DNA of 63,314 nucleotides, the filler included, from Nemertoderma westbladi (lineage: Eukaryota > Animalia > Xenacoelomorpha): the NCBI GenBank assembly GCA_032718475.1. It is 3 parts of 3 records of this genome, joined end to end, with 100 filler letters (N's around TTAATTAATTAA, not from the genome) between each part and the next. Parts side by side here need not be neighbours in the genome. Positions count along the whole stretch, not along the records: positions 44,762 to 63,314 come from JAUCBJ010004689.1; 2 more parts are not named here. One strand, 5' to 3'. Under the pieces are notes generated by a model. It was given only the letters and a program-made list of their open reading frames with translations, was not told the DNA's origin and made no database searches. Within the stretch, counting starts at the first letter, position 1; the number at the start of each line of letters is the position of its first letter. The position numbers were made by a program, and so were the translations under genes. Below are positions 48,438-60,969 of the stretch, in pieces.

Positions 48438-49319
48438 TTAACCTATGATTCCCATGGTAGTGATTTCTTTTTCGTAGGGTTCGGTACACGTTACCAGATC
48501 GACGCCATTGGCTAGCAGTTCAAACTTCCCGCGGTATCCCCCACCCACTGTAAGTATATCCACATCGCTATACATACCCCCATACTCGTAAAGTATCTTA
48601 GCCCTGAAGTAATCCGACTGGTGGTTTAGAGTCAGGTATTCCGTAGCTTTGTGTGCACTCGGGGCGAGTCTCTTGAATAAGCGCAAGTTTATCGGAATTA
48701 CATACAATCCAGGTGATTCTAAACACGTCAATGTTAATTTACAAAGATAAATGAAATCTGGTAATTCGCCTTGCCAGTATATCCAGTGTATTGGTCTTCC
48801 ATTGAGTTGGTAAACTCCGTACTTATCACTGAAAGTTAATAAAGTTTTGGGATTCTTGCCATTTTCTAGTTCGGCAAGAAACTTTTTCACTATTTTTGAA
48901 TCTGTACTGTTTTCGATAACATTTGAAATCTCGGTAGCTAAGTTGGCATACGTTTTGGCATCTGTGAAACCTTTATAAGTATTTTCTGGGAGATTTGTGT
49001 CACAAAATAGAGTTTCAGTTTTATTTCTCGTATTATATAAATCATCTTTCTGTTCTTCTTGTGGTTTGTGGGCATAAAAGGTTACTAGTTCACCTCGAGT
49101 AGCTTCGTTGGATACTGTGCTCGTTGTCTTGGCAACTTTTGAAACAATCGCTGATGTATCCTTGGTTACCATGTAAACGACTCTATCATGTGACTGTTTG
49201 CGTACGGGGTCGATTGTCATGGTTTTATTGCAATAAAAGTTGAATATTCCCGTTAAACCAGCCAGGGATATTATTATAAGGAAATATAGAAGGATAACTT
49301 TTAATATTTGTTTTCGCAT
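48438..49319 (-). CDS. Type II membrane glycosyltransferase, GT32 / DXD (capsule-synthesis-like) family; probably only the first coding exon or truncated
   Basis: N-terminal hydrophobic anchor (ILKVILLYFLIIISLAGLTGIF), a stem region, IHWIYWQG..P, and HQSDYFRAKILYEYGGMYSDVD. The ORF stops about 37 aa after DXD at ATA G/gttaat, a possible donor. Confidence 0.78.
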   Translation of the reverse strand: MRKQILKVILLYFLIIISLAGLTGIFNFYCNKTMTIDPVRKQSHDRVVYMVTKDTSAIVSKVAKTTSTVSNEATRGELVTFYAHKPQEEQKDDLYNTRNKTETLFCDTNLPENTYKGFTDAKTYANLATEISNVIENSTDSKIVKKFLAELENGKNPKTLLTFSDKYGVYQLNGRPIHWIYWQGELPDFIYLCKLTLTCLESPGLYVIPINLRLFKRLAPSAHKATEYLTLNHQSDYFRAKILYEYGGMYSDVDILTVGGGYRGKFELLANGVDLVTCTEPYEKEITTMGIIG

Positions 49320-49439
49320 TCTCTATAAAGGATGTTAACACATAATGGTACATGGTGTAGGCCTATTAAATACATAATAACCCTATGATCAACTAACCCT
49401 AACCAAAAAAAATAAACTGATAAATCCAAGTTAAAGTGC

Positions 49440-49565
49440 TCATGAGTACAAGTTAAATAACTGGGAGCAAATCTTGGGATAGGAGTAGCGCCCAGCCCAC
49501 CCCTACCCTCGGGTAGCAGCTATCGAAAGAGGAGCCTTCGGGTCGCCTCCGGCTTCGGCCGACTG
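49440..49565 (+). mobile_element. SINE/LINE 3'-end remnant
   Basis: GGAGTAGCGCCC...GTAGCAGCTATCGAAAGAGGAGCCTTCGGGTCGCCTCCGGCTTCGGCCG resembles, from memory, the stem-loop tail of invertebrate SINEs. Confidence 0.4.
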
Positions 49566-51828
49566 TTTGCTTGCAAAGTGCTGTACGATACGCTACTGTA
49601 GGCCTACTACAGTTTTATTATACTGTAACTCTACTAGTCAGATTCGCCTAGGACTCCGGGACAGCTACTAAAACACATGCCCGAATTTATTGTGTAACGA
49701 AATTGTGTGTCAATGCCATCAGGCAGTCACTTCACTCTCATTCTAATGCTGTAGCAGGAATATACTGTAAGTTAAATGTAACTCTATAAGTACACAAAGC
49801 GGCATAGCAAACCGAGGAGACAGTGGGAATCCATACTCTGCAGACAGCTTTGCACAGTCAAAATGTCAAACGTATATTTCGTAACTTCGAATTACGGAGG
49901 TGAGCTCCACAAAAGTTATCGGTTAAAATTTTTAGTTTTGCCTTTTTATGAAAATTAATGAATCGGCCTATTTATTAATATTTGGCAAAATTTTAACAAA
50001 TTTTTGGCTTTAATCTGAAAAATTGGCTGTAAAACAGAAATATAAAATTCCCAACCGATAACCCCAAAAGGGTGCTTATAAGCATTATGCTTGTTGCCCA
50101 ATTGGGTGAACTTCGATGTTCAATAAAATAAATGTTAAACGAAGTAACTTTTAAAAAACAGCCGAAACCCTTTCGAATGAGCCAAAAATAAACAAAATTG
50201 GTTGAAAAATGGCGGAGGAGTAGTAATTTGAAAAATGAAAAATTTAATTCCGAGATAATTGCCTTCAAAGTTTAAACCTTCCCGCCAGAACTGGCTGTCT
50301 GTGTTCTGGTTGGTTAATCATAATGGCATGATGATAGAAGCACATCAGGCTAAATGGCTCATTATGGTGGTTTTCGGGGTCACTGATTTCATTCCCGATG
50401 TCGGTTTTAAATTTTGGTGGAATCTAGTCTGTCTGTTTGTCTGTCGGTTGAATGTATGTCTTACACTTTGACTGACAGACCGTCATACAGAAAGACAGCG
50501 ATAACTCAAGAACTAAAAGAATTTTCGCTAAGCGGTTTTCAGATTTGAATTGTGTAGATTATGTCAAACTTTAAAACTGAGTGCAATAATATAGAAAAAA
50601 TTGGTACCCTGTGAAAACGTTTGGTACCAGACTACCCCAAGAGTGACATAAACATTGTGTAAAAATTTCAGATGAAACCACCAATGGCTTTTCGAGATAG
50701 GTGAACCTTTATTTTGAAAGTAATTTGCACTAGTTACATTCTCACCTTAACTATTTAGTGTTAAATTAGAAAGGGGCACTTACAACACGTTTGTCGAGTT
50801 TATTTACAAATGTACTCTTTCAAGAAATAAACGCAGAATTGGACTGTTTTTTGAAAAAAAGTGGTTTTAGCGCTATCTGTTAGAGAAAAACGTGCCCATG
50901 TGAAGAATACCAGGTTTTCACTTTTCGTTAGAAATTCTATTGGAATTTTGTAAATGAAGAATTTGTATTTTTTCAATTTTCTCCATATTAGGTGTTTTAT
51001 AGCACTTATTTCTGTCTTATAACCTCCTGTATAGATACTTATTCGTTTATTGTTTTGGTTATAATCAGCTCTTCTGACACCTGCGGGTTTTAATGAAATC
51101 CTGGTATTCTTCACATGGGGGTAAACTGCAAAGTGAAATATAACAGCAGAAAATCTGGTATACTTCACAATGGCCCGAAAAACGCATTGTGTTAACAAAC
51201 GCATTAGCAGTGGGATGCGTGCTTAATATCCCGTATGCTGACTTTTGGCGGATAGCAGGTGTACTGAGTAGTGACTGACTGACTTACTGATATTTACATC
51301 TATTATTACACTTATTAGTATTTTGTTACTTTCTTTTATAATATGTAAAATAAGTAGCTGGTTATATAAATATTTTAATAAAGCTTTCAACAATGTGAGA
51401 ATAACAGTTTTTATACCAACAGTACTGACTTTATCGAACTTGTTGCTACAAATTCTGGACTTTGATATATATTATTTAAATTCAATTTCATTACTTATTT
51501 GACAAGCTTTGCTAACATTAATTATTAAGCAATGTGTTTATTTGTGAAACCGGTTGTTAATTAAATAAAGATGGACATACAAGAAGGCCATTAAATAACC
51601 ACCAAATATACTGTAGTTAGTTGTCTTTGAAAGCAATATTATTGGTTTTGCATGTAAAAATTAGGGAAAATTAGCTTGAAAATAAATTAGTATTAACAGT
51701 TTTAAAGTAAAATATCTTCGGGACAGTGCCTACTATATTGACGCATAATCTTATTTCTGTGAATTAAAATTTGTAATTATCAATTAAGTGAAAGGAGCAG
51801 GTTACAGAGGCATGTTTACTAAAACTGC

Positions 51829-52000
51829 AGAGGGGAGGTGGGGGGGACTTTCGACGCAATGAAATTTAATTAATCGACACGGAAAATCGATTCAAGTTAC
51901 ATATGGTTACTCTCAAAATAACTTTAGTTTATTGTTTTGGTTAGAATAATGTGCCACAGTAACCTGATCCTTTCCGTTAATTTATAATTTAACATTGTGA
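51829..52000 (+). mobile_element. Diverged MITE family copy
   Basis: G-run then ACTTTCGACGCAATGAAA...TTATTGTTTTGGTTAGAATAATGTGCCACAGTAACCTGATCCTTTCC. Confidence 0.6.
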
Positions 52001-53065
52001 CGATTTATTAATTTGCAAAGATATGATTTCCGTCAATTTTTCCACCACAATAATATGCAGATAATCTAGAAATAATTATAACAATAAACATAACAATAAA
52101 CATAAAGGTAATGTTGTATTCACGTAATGGAGTATAAACGTAAACCATATTCGGTAAAAGATAATATAATTTATTTAATTGGTTTGATTTGATTTCTTGG
52201 AGGGAGTCCAATAGTAATAAAGAAACTGGGTTCGTTCGGGCTTCCTTTTTAATACCATGAAGCCTTTGTTAATAATTGATTTCTCTATATATATAATAAT
52301 AGTATAATGCCCCCTCCTGATCAAATGATAGTAATTGTAAGCTTGAATGAAGCATTTGCATTACTCTGCTTAGGCCTACCTTCTTGGTGGGATCATATCG
52401 TTTTCTTAGGTTGGAAGAAATACACCACCTGTGTTATAGCGCATTTGATTAAAAATGGTTTCGGTTTTATCTGGTTTTAAAATAGTTATAAGATTATTAT
52501 ACCTCGTGATGAGCTTATTTCCTCCACTCCGGCACTAAAGTGCGCTAGGTTGGTTACCTTCAAAATGAAGGACGCTCGAATGTACTGGTTTTATATTGTA
52601 ACCAAGACGCCTTGGAAAGCATCGTTCAACCATTTACCGTTTATTTAAATGACTTCATAAAAAGTAATAGTAATATTTTGACAAGTAAAATAACAAATAA
52701 TTAATATACTGTAGATGGCTCACATGTGGTTTATTCCAGATAAAACAAAACTATTGAATTCTAATTTAGGATTCATATTTCCAATTAGCTAAACTTTCCA
52801 GATTATTTTCGCCTTTCGGGTCAATGGCAAGGGTCCAAAATTTCTCAGGTTAGAGCCTTACGACTTAGGGTTAGGGTTACATGACAGTTTTAATTAGGGT
52901 TTGGGCCTGACCAACTAACCCTAACGAAAAAAACTGTAAGCGGATTCAATTCCGTTACATTATTCACCTTAGATTGGGACCAGTGGCATTTTATCAATAT
53001 AGTTGGGGATACGAGATTACCAATAATAATCTCGCCTCATAACCAACTTTGGGGGGGGGGGGGGG

Positions 53066-53611
53066 GGCGACACAAGCCCTAAAGCCACAGAGAGAGGTGA
53101 GAGGTCAAACCACCTCGGAGGGAGAACATAGCTAGTAGAGGCTAGCGGCGGGGGGAAACACTCACAGGGAGTGCCAAAGTGACAATTAGTGTATTAACCA
53201 ATAGCGGGGAGGGAAGCACGTGATTAGAGATAAGAAAGCATCCACTGGGTACAGAAGGCCAAGTACAGTAAGAGGTGAAACCAATATCTGTGTATATCAA
53301 TCATATATTATTCTGCATTACTGATTTACCGGTAAGTTCATTAGTTACACAGTTGCAGACCGGTCGCGGTCGTGACCGTCACCGCCACTGACATCACCAA
53401 TTAATCTGTGCATTTCTGCTGTTATATCTGTATTATCGTGATACCCATCACATACTGATTGTGCTAATATCGTTTGGAGTATTAATATTGAGAAACAGAA
53501 ACTCTATCATTTTCCCCGACGTCCTTCGGCCAAAGCGACTTAGTACAACTGCCCAGCAGAACGGTGACGCGAACAAATCTAACCCGGTCGGGATCTTAGG
53601 ATCCCGTCACA
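53066..53611 (+). mobile_element. Possible solo or 3' LTR
   Basis: Preceded by a G-run (PPT-like), starts GGCGAC (TGTGAC-like), ends GTCACA, and is GC-richer than its flanks. No second copy occurs in the window. Confidence 0.25.
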
Positions 53612-53774
53612 AAAACAAACAAATAATTAAAGTTAAAGTGCTGGCTAGGCCTTCTGCAGTACTGCACATTATAACTTAAGTCAATATGGTGAGGGGGGGG
53701 GGGCATTCCGGCTTCATGGGGTCATCGACGGTGAGTGGAACTAGTTGTGTTTCAAATTTTTCAAATTCAAAAAT

Positions 53775-54000
53775 TGCGTGTTTTGACGCAGATTTTTCGC
53801 GCACAGAGGTGGATTCTAAATTCAATTAAAATTAAATCATCTCCAGGGAAAAAATTGACGCAAGTAACATGTGATTAAGATCAAAAAGAATCTGTAACCT
53901 GTTCTATTGATGATTTTAGTTTATTGTTTTGGTTAGAATAATGTGCCAATGTAACCTGCTCTTTCCCCTTAATTTATATATTATAATTAACATTGTTAAT
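53775..54000 (+). mobile_element. Diverged MITE family copy
   Basis: CTCCAGGGAAAAAATTGACGCA...CTGTAACCTGTTCTATTG...TTATTGTTTTGGTTAGAATAATGTGCCAATGTAACCTGCTC. Confidence 0.6.
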
Positions 54001-54548
54001 TCACCGAGTTACAATTAAAGAGATAGATAATTGGTTAATATTTAAAATAAAAAGGAATAATAATGTAAATAAAATATAATTTATGTTATTTATGTGTATT
54101 TTATACATTTTTTCATTGTGTTTTTGTGGGATCTTCCTAGTTATGGGTCGCCCTAGGCCATAATCGACCTCATTCCGGTACTGGCTACAGGATCCCTGGG
54201 GAACTATATGTCTACCAACTACTCAGTGTGTGTATGTCTATCTATTTTCAGTTCTGTAGGCCTATTACCGACAACAAGTATCACGTTAGTGGGGCCTTCA
54301 CTCTGGACGGAGTAAGCAGGCTTAGCGGGAGAATGGGGAACTCCCGAATCCCCCCACATTTTATATTTCAGACTTTGAACAGACGTGTACCAAGTACTGT
54401 ATGATTTAATTTATTCAAAGATTGACCGAATTCTTACCCTTAAAACTGATCAAAGTGACAGACAGAAAAGTTCTAGAGCTATTAACTACTAGCATTATGC
54501 CTATTAGACAGAATACTTGAAACAAATCTGCTATATTATTTTTAAATG

Positions 54549-56798
54549 TTGGGTGGGGTGGGGTGGGTGGTAGCGGTATAGGATACGGTTTGCGGTGGGG
54601 GTGTAAGAGACGGTTTGGGGTGGGGGTGTGGGTGGCGGTATAGGAGACGGTTTGGGGTGGGGGGTAGCCTTATAGGAGACGGTTTGGGGTGGAAGTGTGG
54701 GTGGCGGTATAGGAGACGGTTTGGGGTCGGGGTAGCCTTATAGGAGACGGTTTGGGGTGGGGGTGTGGGAGGCGGTATAGGAGACGGTTTGGGGTCGGGG
54801 TAGCCTTATAGGATACGGTTTAGGGTGTGGGGGTGTAGGAGACGGTTTGGGGTGGGGGGTAGCCTTATAGGAGACGGTTTGGGGTGGGGGGTAGCCTTAT
54901 AGGAGACGTTTTGGGGTGGGGTGTGGGTGGCGGTATAGGAGACGGTTTGGGGTGGGGGTGTGGGTGGCGGTATAGGAGACGGTTTGGGGTGGGGGGTAGC
55001 CTTATAGGATATGGTTTGGGGTGGGGGTGTAGGAGACGGTTTGGGGTGGGGGTGTAGGAGACGGTTTGGGGTGGGGGTGTAGGAGACGGTTTGGGGTGGG
55101 GGTGTAGGAGACGGTTTGGGGTGGGGGTGTAGGAGACGGTTTGGGGTGGCGGTATAGGAGACGGTTTGGGGTGGTGGTGTAGGAGACGGTTTGGGGTGGG
55201 GGTGTAGGAGACGGTTTGGGGTGGGGGTGTGGGAGGCGGTATAGGAGACGGTTTGGGGTGGCGGTATAGGAGACGGTTTGGGGTGGTGGTGTAGGAGACG
55301 GTTTGGGGTGGGGGGAAGCCTTATAGGAGACGGTTTGGGGTGGGGGGTAGCCTTATAGGAGACGTTTTGGGGTGGGGGTGTGGGTGGCGGTATAGGAGAC
55401 GGTTTGGGGTGGGGGGTAGCCTTATAGGAGACGGTTTGGGGTGGGGGTGTGGGTGGCGGTATAGGAGACGGTTTGGGGTGGGGGTAGCCTTATAGGAGAC
55501 GGTTTGGGGTGGGGGTAGCCTTATAGGAGACGGTTTGGGGTGGGGGTAGCCTTATAGGAGACGGTTTGGGGTGGGGGTGTGGGTGGCGGTATAGGAGACG
55601 GTTTGGGGTGGGGGTAGCCTTATAGGAGACGGTTTGGGGTGGGGGTATAGGAGACGGTTTGGGGTGGGGGTGTAGGAGACGGTTTGGGGTGGGGGTGTAG
55701 GAGACGGTTTGGGGTGGGGGTGTAAGAGACGGTTTGGGGTGGGGGTGTGGGTGGCGGTATAGGAGACGATTTGGGGTGGGGCGTAGCCTTATAGGAGACG
55801 TTTTGGGGTGGGGGTAGCCTTATAGGAGACGTTTTGGGGTGTGGGTAGCCTTATAGGAGACGGTTTGTGGTGGGGGTAGCCTTATAGGGGACGGTTTGGG
55901 GTGGAAGGTAGCCTTATAGGAGATGGTTTGGGGTGGCGGTATAGGAGACGGTTTGGGGTGGGGGTATAGGAGACGGTTTGGGGTGGCGGTATAGGAGACG
56001 GTTTGGGGTGGGTGTGTAGGAGACGGTTTGGGGTGGCGGTATAGGAGACGGTTTGGGGTGGGGGTGTAGGAGACGGTTTGGGGTGGGGGGTAGCCTTATA
56101 GGAGACGGTTTGGGGTGGGGATAGCCTTATAGGAGACGGTTTGGGGTGGGGCGTAGCCTTATAGGAGACGTTTTGGGGTGGGGGTGTAGGAGACATTTTG
56201 GGGTGGGGGTGTATGAGACGGTTTGGGGTGGGGGGTAGCCTTATACGAGACGGTTTGGGGTGGGGGTGTAGAATACGGTTTGGGGTGGGGGGTAGCCTTA
56301 TAGGAGACGGTTTGGGGTGGGGGGTAGCCTTATAGGAGACGTTTTGGGGTGGGGTGTGGGTGGCGGTATAGGAGACGTTTTGGGGTGGGGGTGTAGGAGA
56401 CGTTTTGGGGTGGGGGGTAGCCTTATAGGAGACGTTTTGGGGTGGGGGTGTGGGTGGCGGTATAGGATACGGTTTGGGGTGGGGGTGTAGGAGACGTTTT
56501 GGGGTGGGGGGTAGCCTTATAGGAGACGTTTTGGGGTGGGGGTGTGGGTGGCGGTATAGGATACGGTTTGGGGTGGGGGTGTAGGAGACGTTTTGGGGTG
56601 GGGGTGTAGGAGACGGTTTGGGGTGGGGTGGGGGTGTGGGTGGCGGTATAGGACACGGTTTGGGGTGGGGGTGTGGGTGGCGGTATAGGAGACGGTTTGG
56701 GGTGGGTGGTAGCCTTATAGGAGACGGTTTGTGGTGGGGGTGTAGGAGGCGGTTTGGGGTGGGGGTATAGGAGACGGTTTGGGTGGGGGGTATAGCCT
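54549..56798. repeat. G-rich satellite, core 25-bp unit TAGGAGACGGTTTGGGGTGGGGGTG with longer variants (left part)
   Basis: Direct reading. Variants carry AGCCTTA or TGGGTGGCGGTA inserts. Confidence 0.95.
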
Positions 56799-56999
56799 TG
56801 TAGTGACCTAACATCACGAATTAATGGGTCAACATGAGAGCGGGATATTCAAACAGGGATATATAGGACTACTACCTAGGCCTACTGTACTGCTGTACGA
56901 TATACAGCTTACTGCGCTGTCAGATCAATTATCATATCTGCATATGAAATTATATCTGTTATCAATGCTATAACTAATTATTAATGAACGATCATTAAA
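56799..56999 (+). repeat. 5' LTR
   Basis: TGTAGTGACC...ATCATTAAA, identical to 60769-60969. Confidence 0.93.
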
Positions 57000-57000
57000 G

Positions 57001-57014
57001 TGGTGACCCAGACG
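57001..57014 (+). promoter_or_regulatory. Primer-binding site complementary to the tRNA-Trp 3' end
   Basis: TGGTGACCCAGACG versus the expected TGGTGACCCCGACG, one base after the LTR. Confidence 0.8.
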
Positions 57015-57085
57015 AGGACGCCAGAAACGATAAAAACGTGACTCTGTTGATGCTTTTCTGCTCTTATCGTTTATCATAACAAATA

Positions 57086-57745
57086 ATGACCGAAGCCAAC
57101 GCAGTCGCACTGAAACTTCCTGCCTTCTGGTCCGCCGAACCTGATATTTGGTTCCTGCAAGCGGAATCCCAATTTGCGATTCGGAAAATCATATGTGATG
57201 CAACGAAATATCATTATGTTGTAGCCTCCCTGGACCAAGTTATCGCCTGTCGGGTCCGCGGAATTATCTCCAACCCGCCCGCCGATCAAAAGTATGAAAC
57301 TCTTAAAGCTAAACTCGTTTCCTGTTACAGTTTAACACCCGAACAGAAGGCTTCTCGGCTCGCCAACCTCAGTGGGCTTGGAGATCGTAAACCATCCGAG
57401 CTCCTCGACTATATGTTGTCTCTCAATGATGATAAACCCCCGGATGAGTTTTTCCGCCGACACTTTGTAGAACAACTCCCACAATATGTCCAAGATGCCA
57501 TCATTGCTCTAGATTTTAACGACGTTGTCGATCTTGCTAAGGTTGCTGACAAGGAAATAGAGCGGCGGCGCGATCAACCATCTATCAACGCTGCTGCTGC
57601 AACCCGTCGCCCCCCGCGGCGCGACCATCCATCTACAAATGATGGATCCAAAGAGATTTGCTGGTACCATGCGAAGTTTGGCGACAAGGCGAAGAATTGC
57701 CGTTCCCCATGCATCCATTCGGGAAACTCCTCAACCAGCCACTAG
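57086..57745 (+). CDS. gag: Gag (intact, 219 aa)
   Basis: AVALKLPAFW..W..QAESQF, LGDRKPSELL, CHCC knuckle CWYHAKFGDKAKNCRSPC, and a slippery GGGAAAC at 57721-57727. Confidence 0.9.
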   Translation: MTEANAVALKLPAFWSAEPDIWFLQAESQFAIRKIICDATKYHYVVASLDQVIACRVRGIISNPPADQKYETLKAKLVSCYSLTPEQKASRLANLSGLGDRKPSELLDYMLSLNDDKPPDEFFRRHFVEQLPQYVQDAIIALDFNDVVDLAKVADKEIERRRDQPSINAAAATRRPPRRDHPSTNDGSKEICWYHAKFGDKAKNCRSPCIHSGNSSTSH

Positions 57746-60735
57746 TGGCGGCAAGTGATAGAGAGCCACTCTATCACTCTATCACAGGGTCGAGAGAGCC
57801 GCCTTCTGTACGTCTGGGACCGAAACTCTGGTACGCGCTTCCTCGTTGATTCTGGCGCCGATTTCAGTGTTTATCCTGCTTCCCCTCGTGAAAGGCGCTT
57901 AGGGAGATCCGTCGATTTCTTAAACTCTGACTCTCTCACTGCCGCGAATGGCAGCCCCAATGCGACTTATGGTACTCGTTTAATTCCACTTAATCTCGGA
58001 TCCCGTCGGTTCTCATGGAATTTTGTCCTCGCCAATGTAACGCAACCAATCTTGGGTGCTGATTTCTTCTGTAGTCAAGGAATCCTCATAGACCTCAAGA
58101 ACCAATGTTTAGTCGACGCCGTAACTTACTTGACGATACCGGCACGTCGTACAAACGCGAGCACACCCAAACTCAATGCCATAAGCTCGGAAGACAACGA
58201 TTTTTTTCCCTTTTGGCTGAGTTTCCACAGATAACAACGCCGTTATTCTCCACTACCACGGTACAACACGGAGTTGAACATCATATTCCTACTAAAGGTC
58301 CTCCAACTCATGCTCAGGCTCGCCGTTTAGACCCCACGAAACTGGCTGCTGCTCGCAAAGAGTTTGAAACTTTGGAGAAACTTGGCATCATTCAGCGTTC
58401 CTCCAGCCAAAGGGCTGCGCCTCTTCACATGGTACCAAAACCCGGAGGCGGTTGGCGCCCCCTGTGGTGATTATCGCCAGCTGAATGAGGCTACAACAAT
58501 ACCTGACAGATACCCAGTTCCCCGTCTGCAGGATTTTACCGCACAGTTAGCGGGGAAAACGATATTCTCGAAAGTAGATTTGGTGCGTGGCTATCATCAA
58601 ATCCCAGTGTCTCTGGAAGATATTCCAAAGACGGCCATAATTACGCCATTTGGCTTATTCGAGTTTCGTCGCATGCCTTTCGGCCTACGCAACGCTGCAC
58701 AGGCTTTTCAAAGGCTTATGGACCACGCTTGTCAAGACCTAGATTTTTTATTTATATATCTAGACGATATACTCGTGGCCAACTCTTCCCCAGCCGACCA
58801 TCGGCGACATCTTCGTCTTCTGTTCCAGCGACTCGCCAAATATGGACTCATTATTAATGTTGCCAAATGCGTTTTCGGCGTCGCCGAACTAGACTTCCTC
58901 GGCCATCACATATCGGCTGCCGGGGTGTCACCTCTCGGCGACCACATTGCCGCTATCCAGAACTTTCCTGAACCAACCAACATCAAGGGTTTACAAGAGT
59001 TTTTAGGACTCGTTAACTTTTATCATCGTTTTATTCCACACGCAGCTCAACTCTTGCAGCCCCTTCACTAAGCTACAAAGTCGAGTAAGGATAAAACTAT
59101 CACGTTTACGAGTGACATGAGAACAGCTTTTTCAGCTGCCAAACATGCGCTTTGCAAAGCCACATTACTCTCGCACCCCGTCTCTACCGCTACAACGAGT
59201 TTAACTGTTGATGCATCCGACAAAGCTGTTGGTGGGGCCCTGGAACAATACATTAATGGGGCGTGGCGGCCAATCTCGTTCTTTTCCCGTAAATTACAGC
59301 CGGCTGAAACTCGCTATTCAGCATTTGACCGTGAGTTGTTGGCAATCTACCTTGGTATTCGTCACTTTCGCTACTTTCTGGAGGGCCGGTTGTTCCATAT
59401 CTTCACGGACCACAAACCACTCACGTTCGTTTTCTCCAGTGCTTCTACCAACTGGTCACCTAGGCAACAACGTCACCTATCCTTTATTAGCGAGTTTACT
59501 ACGGATGTGCGTCATATAGAAGGAAACGATAATGTCGTAGCTGATGCATTATCCCGCATCTGCATCGAACCCGATATTCCAATGATCTATGCATCTACAA
59601 CACAGACCCATATTGATTATGGCACCCTCGCACGGGACCAGCAGTCCGACCCGGAGACGCAGTCGTACCGAACTGCAATGACATGTCTCATCATCAGAGA
59701 CGTTCCCCTTACGAATAGTTCAGAATCCATCATGTGTGATATTTCTACTCAACATCCTCGGCCAATTGTTCCTCTCGCATGGCACCGTCGTATATACGAT
59801 AGTGTACACAACCTATCACACCCGCCTCGTTGCAGAACGGTTTGTTTGGCATGGTCTCCATAAGGAAGTTGGAGCATGGGCACGCACCTGTTTATCTTGT
59901 CAACGGGCCAAGATTCATAAACATAATTCTGCACCATTACAATCTTTTAGTGTTCCAGATCGCCGGTTTGCTGTGATCCACGTGGACATTGTCGGACTAC
60001 TTCCGATTTCTCAAGGAAACTCATATATATTCACTATAGTTGATCGATTTACACGCTGGCCCGAAGCTATTCCCATGATGGAAGCTACTGCCTTAGCTTG
60101 CGCGCGAGCCCTTCTCACTCACTGGGTTGCTCGTTATGGCATCCCGAGTGACATTACCTCAGACCGCGGCCGGCAGTTTACATCCAATCTGTGGAGCAAC
60201 CTCAACAAACTTGTTCATCCGCTGAACTGGTCTATGGGACCACCCTCCATCTTCCCGGCCAATTTTTTGAGCCCCCTGACCCCCACTCTTTCAATGACTC
60301 AGACACGGCACCCCTGCTTACTCAACTCCGCGAGTCCATGAAGACACTACTGGCTATCCCGACATCCCATCATGGCGAACGACGAAGCCATGTTTCTAAC
60401 GACACCCGTAATTGCAGCTACGCTTTCGTGCGACATGATGCTCACCGCACACCTCTCCAATGTCCTTACAATGGACCCTTCAAGGTTCTTGAGCGCAACA
60501 CTAAATACATGACTCTCGAATTCAATGGCCGCAAAGACACTGTCTCAATTGACCGGCTTAAACCAGCCTACGTTGACTCTGATTTCGGTATTCCGTCGCC
60601 TTCAAACGTACGCCCCCTAGCGGCCCCAAGACGACACGCCCTCGGGAGGTTTCGATACTTTCCCCTCAGCCCGCACCAAAAGTTGAGGTTACAACTCGGT
60701 CGGGTCGGATAGTTAGACCACCTGAACGCTTATGA
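57721..60735 (+). pseudogene. pol: Disrupted pol (protease, RT, RNase H, integrase)
   Basis: FLVDSGA, YLDD, DAS..YSAFDRELLA, TSDRGRQF, GPF. Frameshifts at about 57770, 58205, 58460, 59825 and 60215, an in-frame TAA at 59069, and a deletion in the integrase core. Confidence 0.92.
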
Positions 60736-60768
60736 GTCGCGGGAATATTTCTCCACTTGGGGGAGTAC

Positions 60769-60969
60769 TGTAGTGACCTAACATCACGAATTAATGGGTC
60801 AACATGAGAGCGGGATATTCAAACAGGGATATATAGGACTACTACCTAGGCCTACTGTACTGCTGTACGATATACAGCTTACTGCGCTGTCAGATCAATT
60901 ATCATATCTGCATATGAAATTATATCTGTTATCAATGCTATAACTAATTATTAATGAACGATCATTAAA
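60769..60969 (+). repeat. 3' LTR
   Basis: Follows the PPT TTGGGGGAGTAC and is identical to the 5' LTR. Confidence 0.93.

Larger units (their letters stand above)
56799..60969 (+). mobile_element. Ty3/gypsy LTR retrotransposon, CsRN1/Kabuki-like clade, non-autonomous
   Basis: Identical 201-bp LTRs, TSD GCCT (56795-56798 / 60970-60973), PBS TGGTGACCCAGACG (tRNA-Trp type), PPT before 60769, and the order gag-PR-RT-RH-IN. Confidence 0.95.

Noticed and set aside
40000-49319. Functional linkage between the ROCO gene and the GT32 gene
   Set aside because: They are separated by an artificial linker, and eukaryotic adjacency alone is not evidence of a shared pathway.
52866-52925. Telomeric TTAGGG repeats
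   Set aside because: Only two or three copies in mixed orientation inside a dispersed repeat (similar sequence at about 49390); not a telomere.
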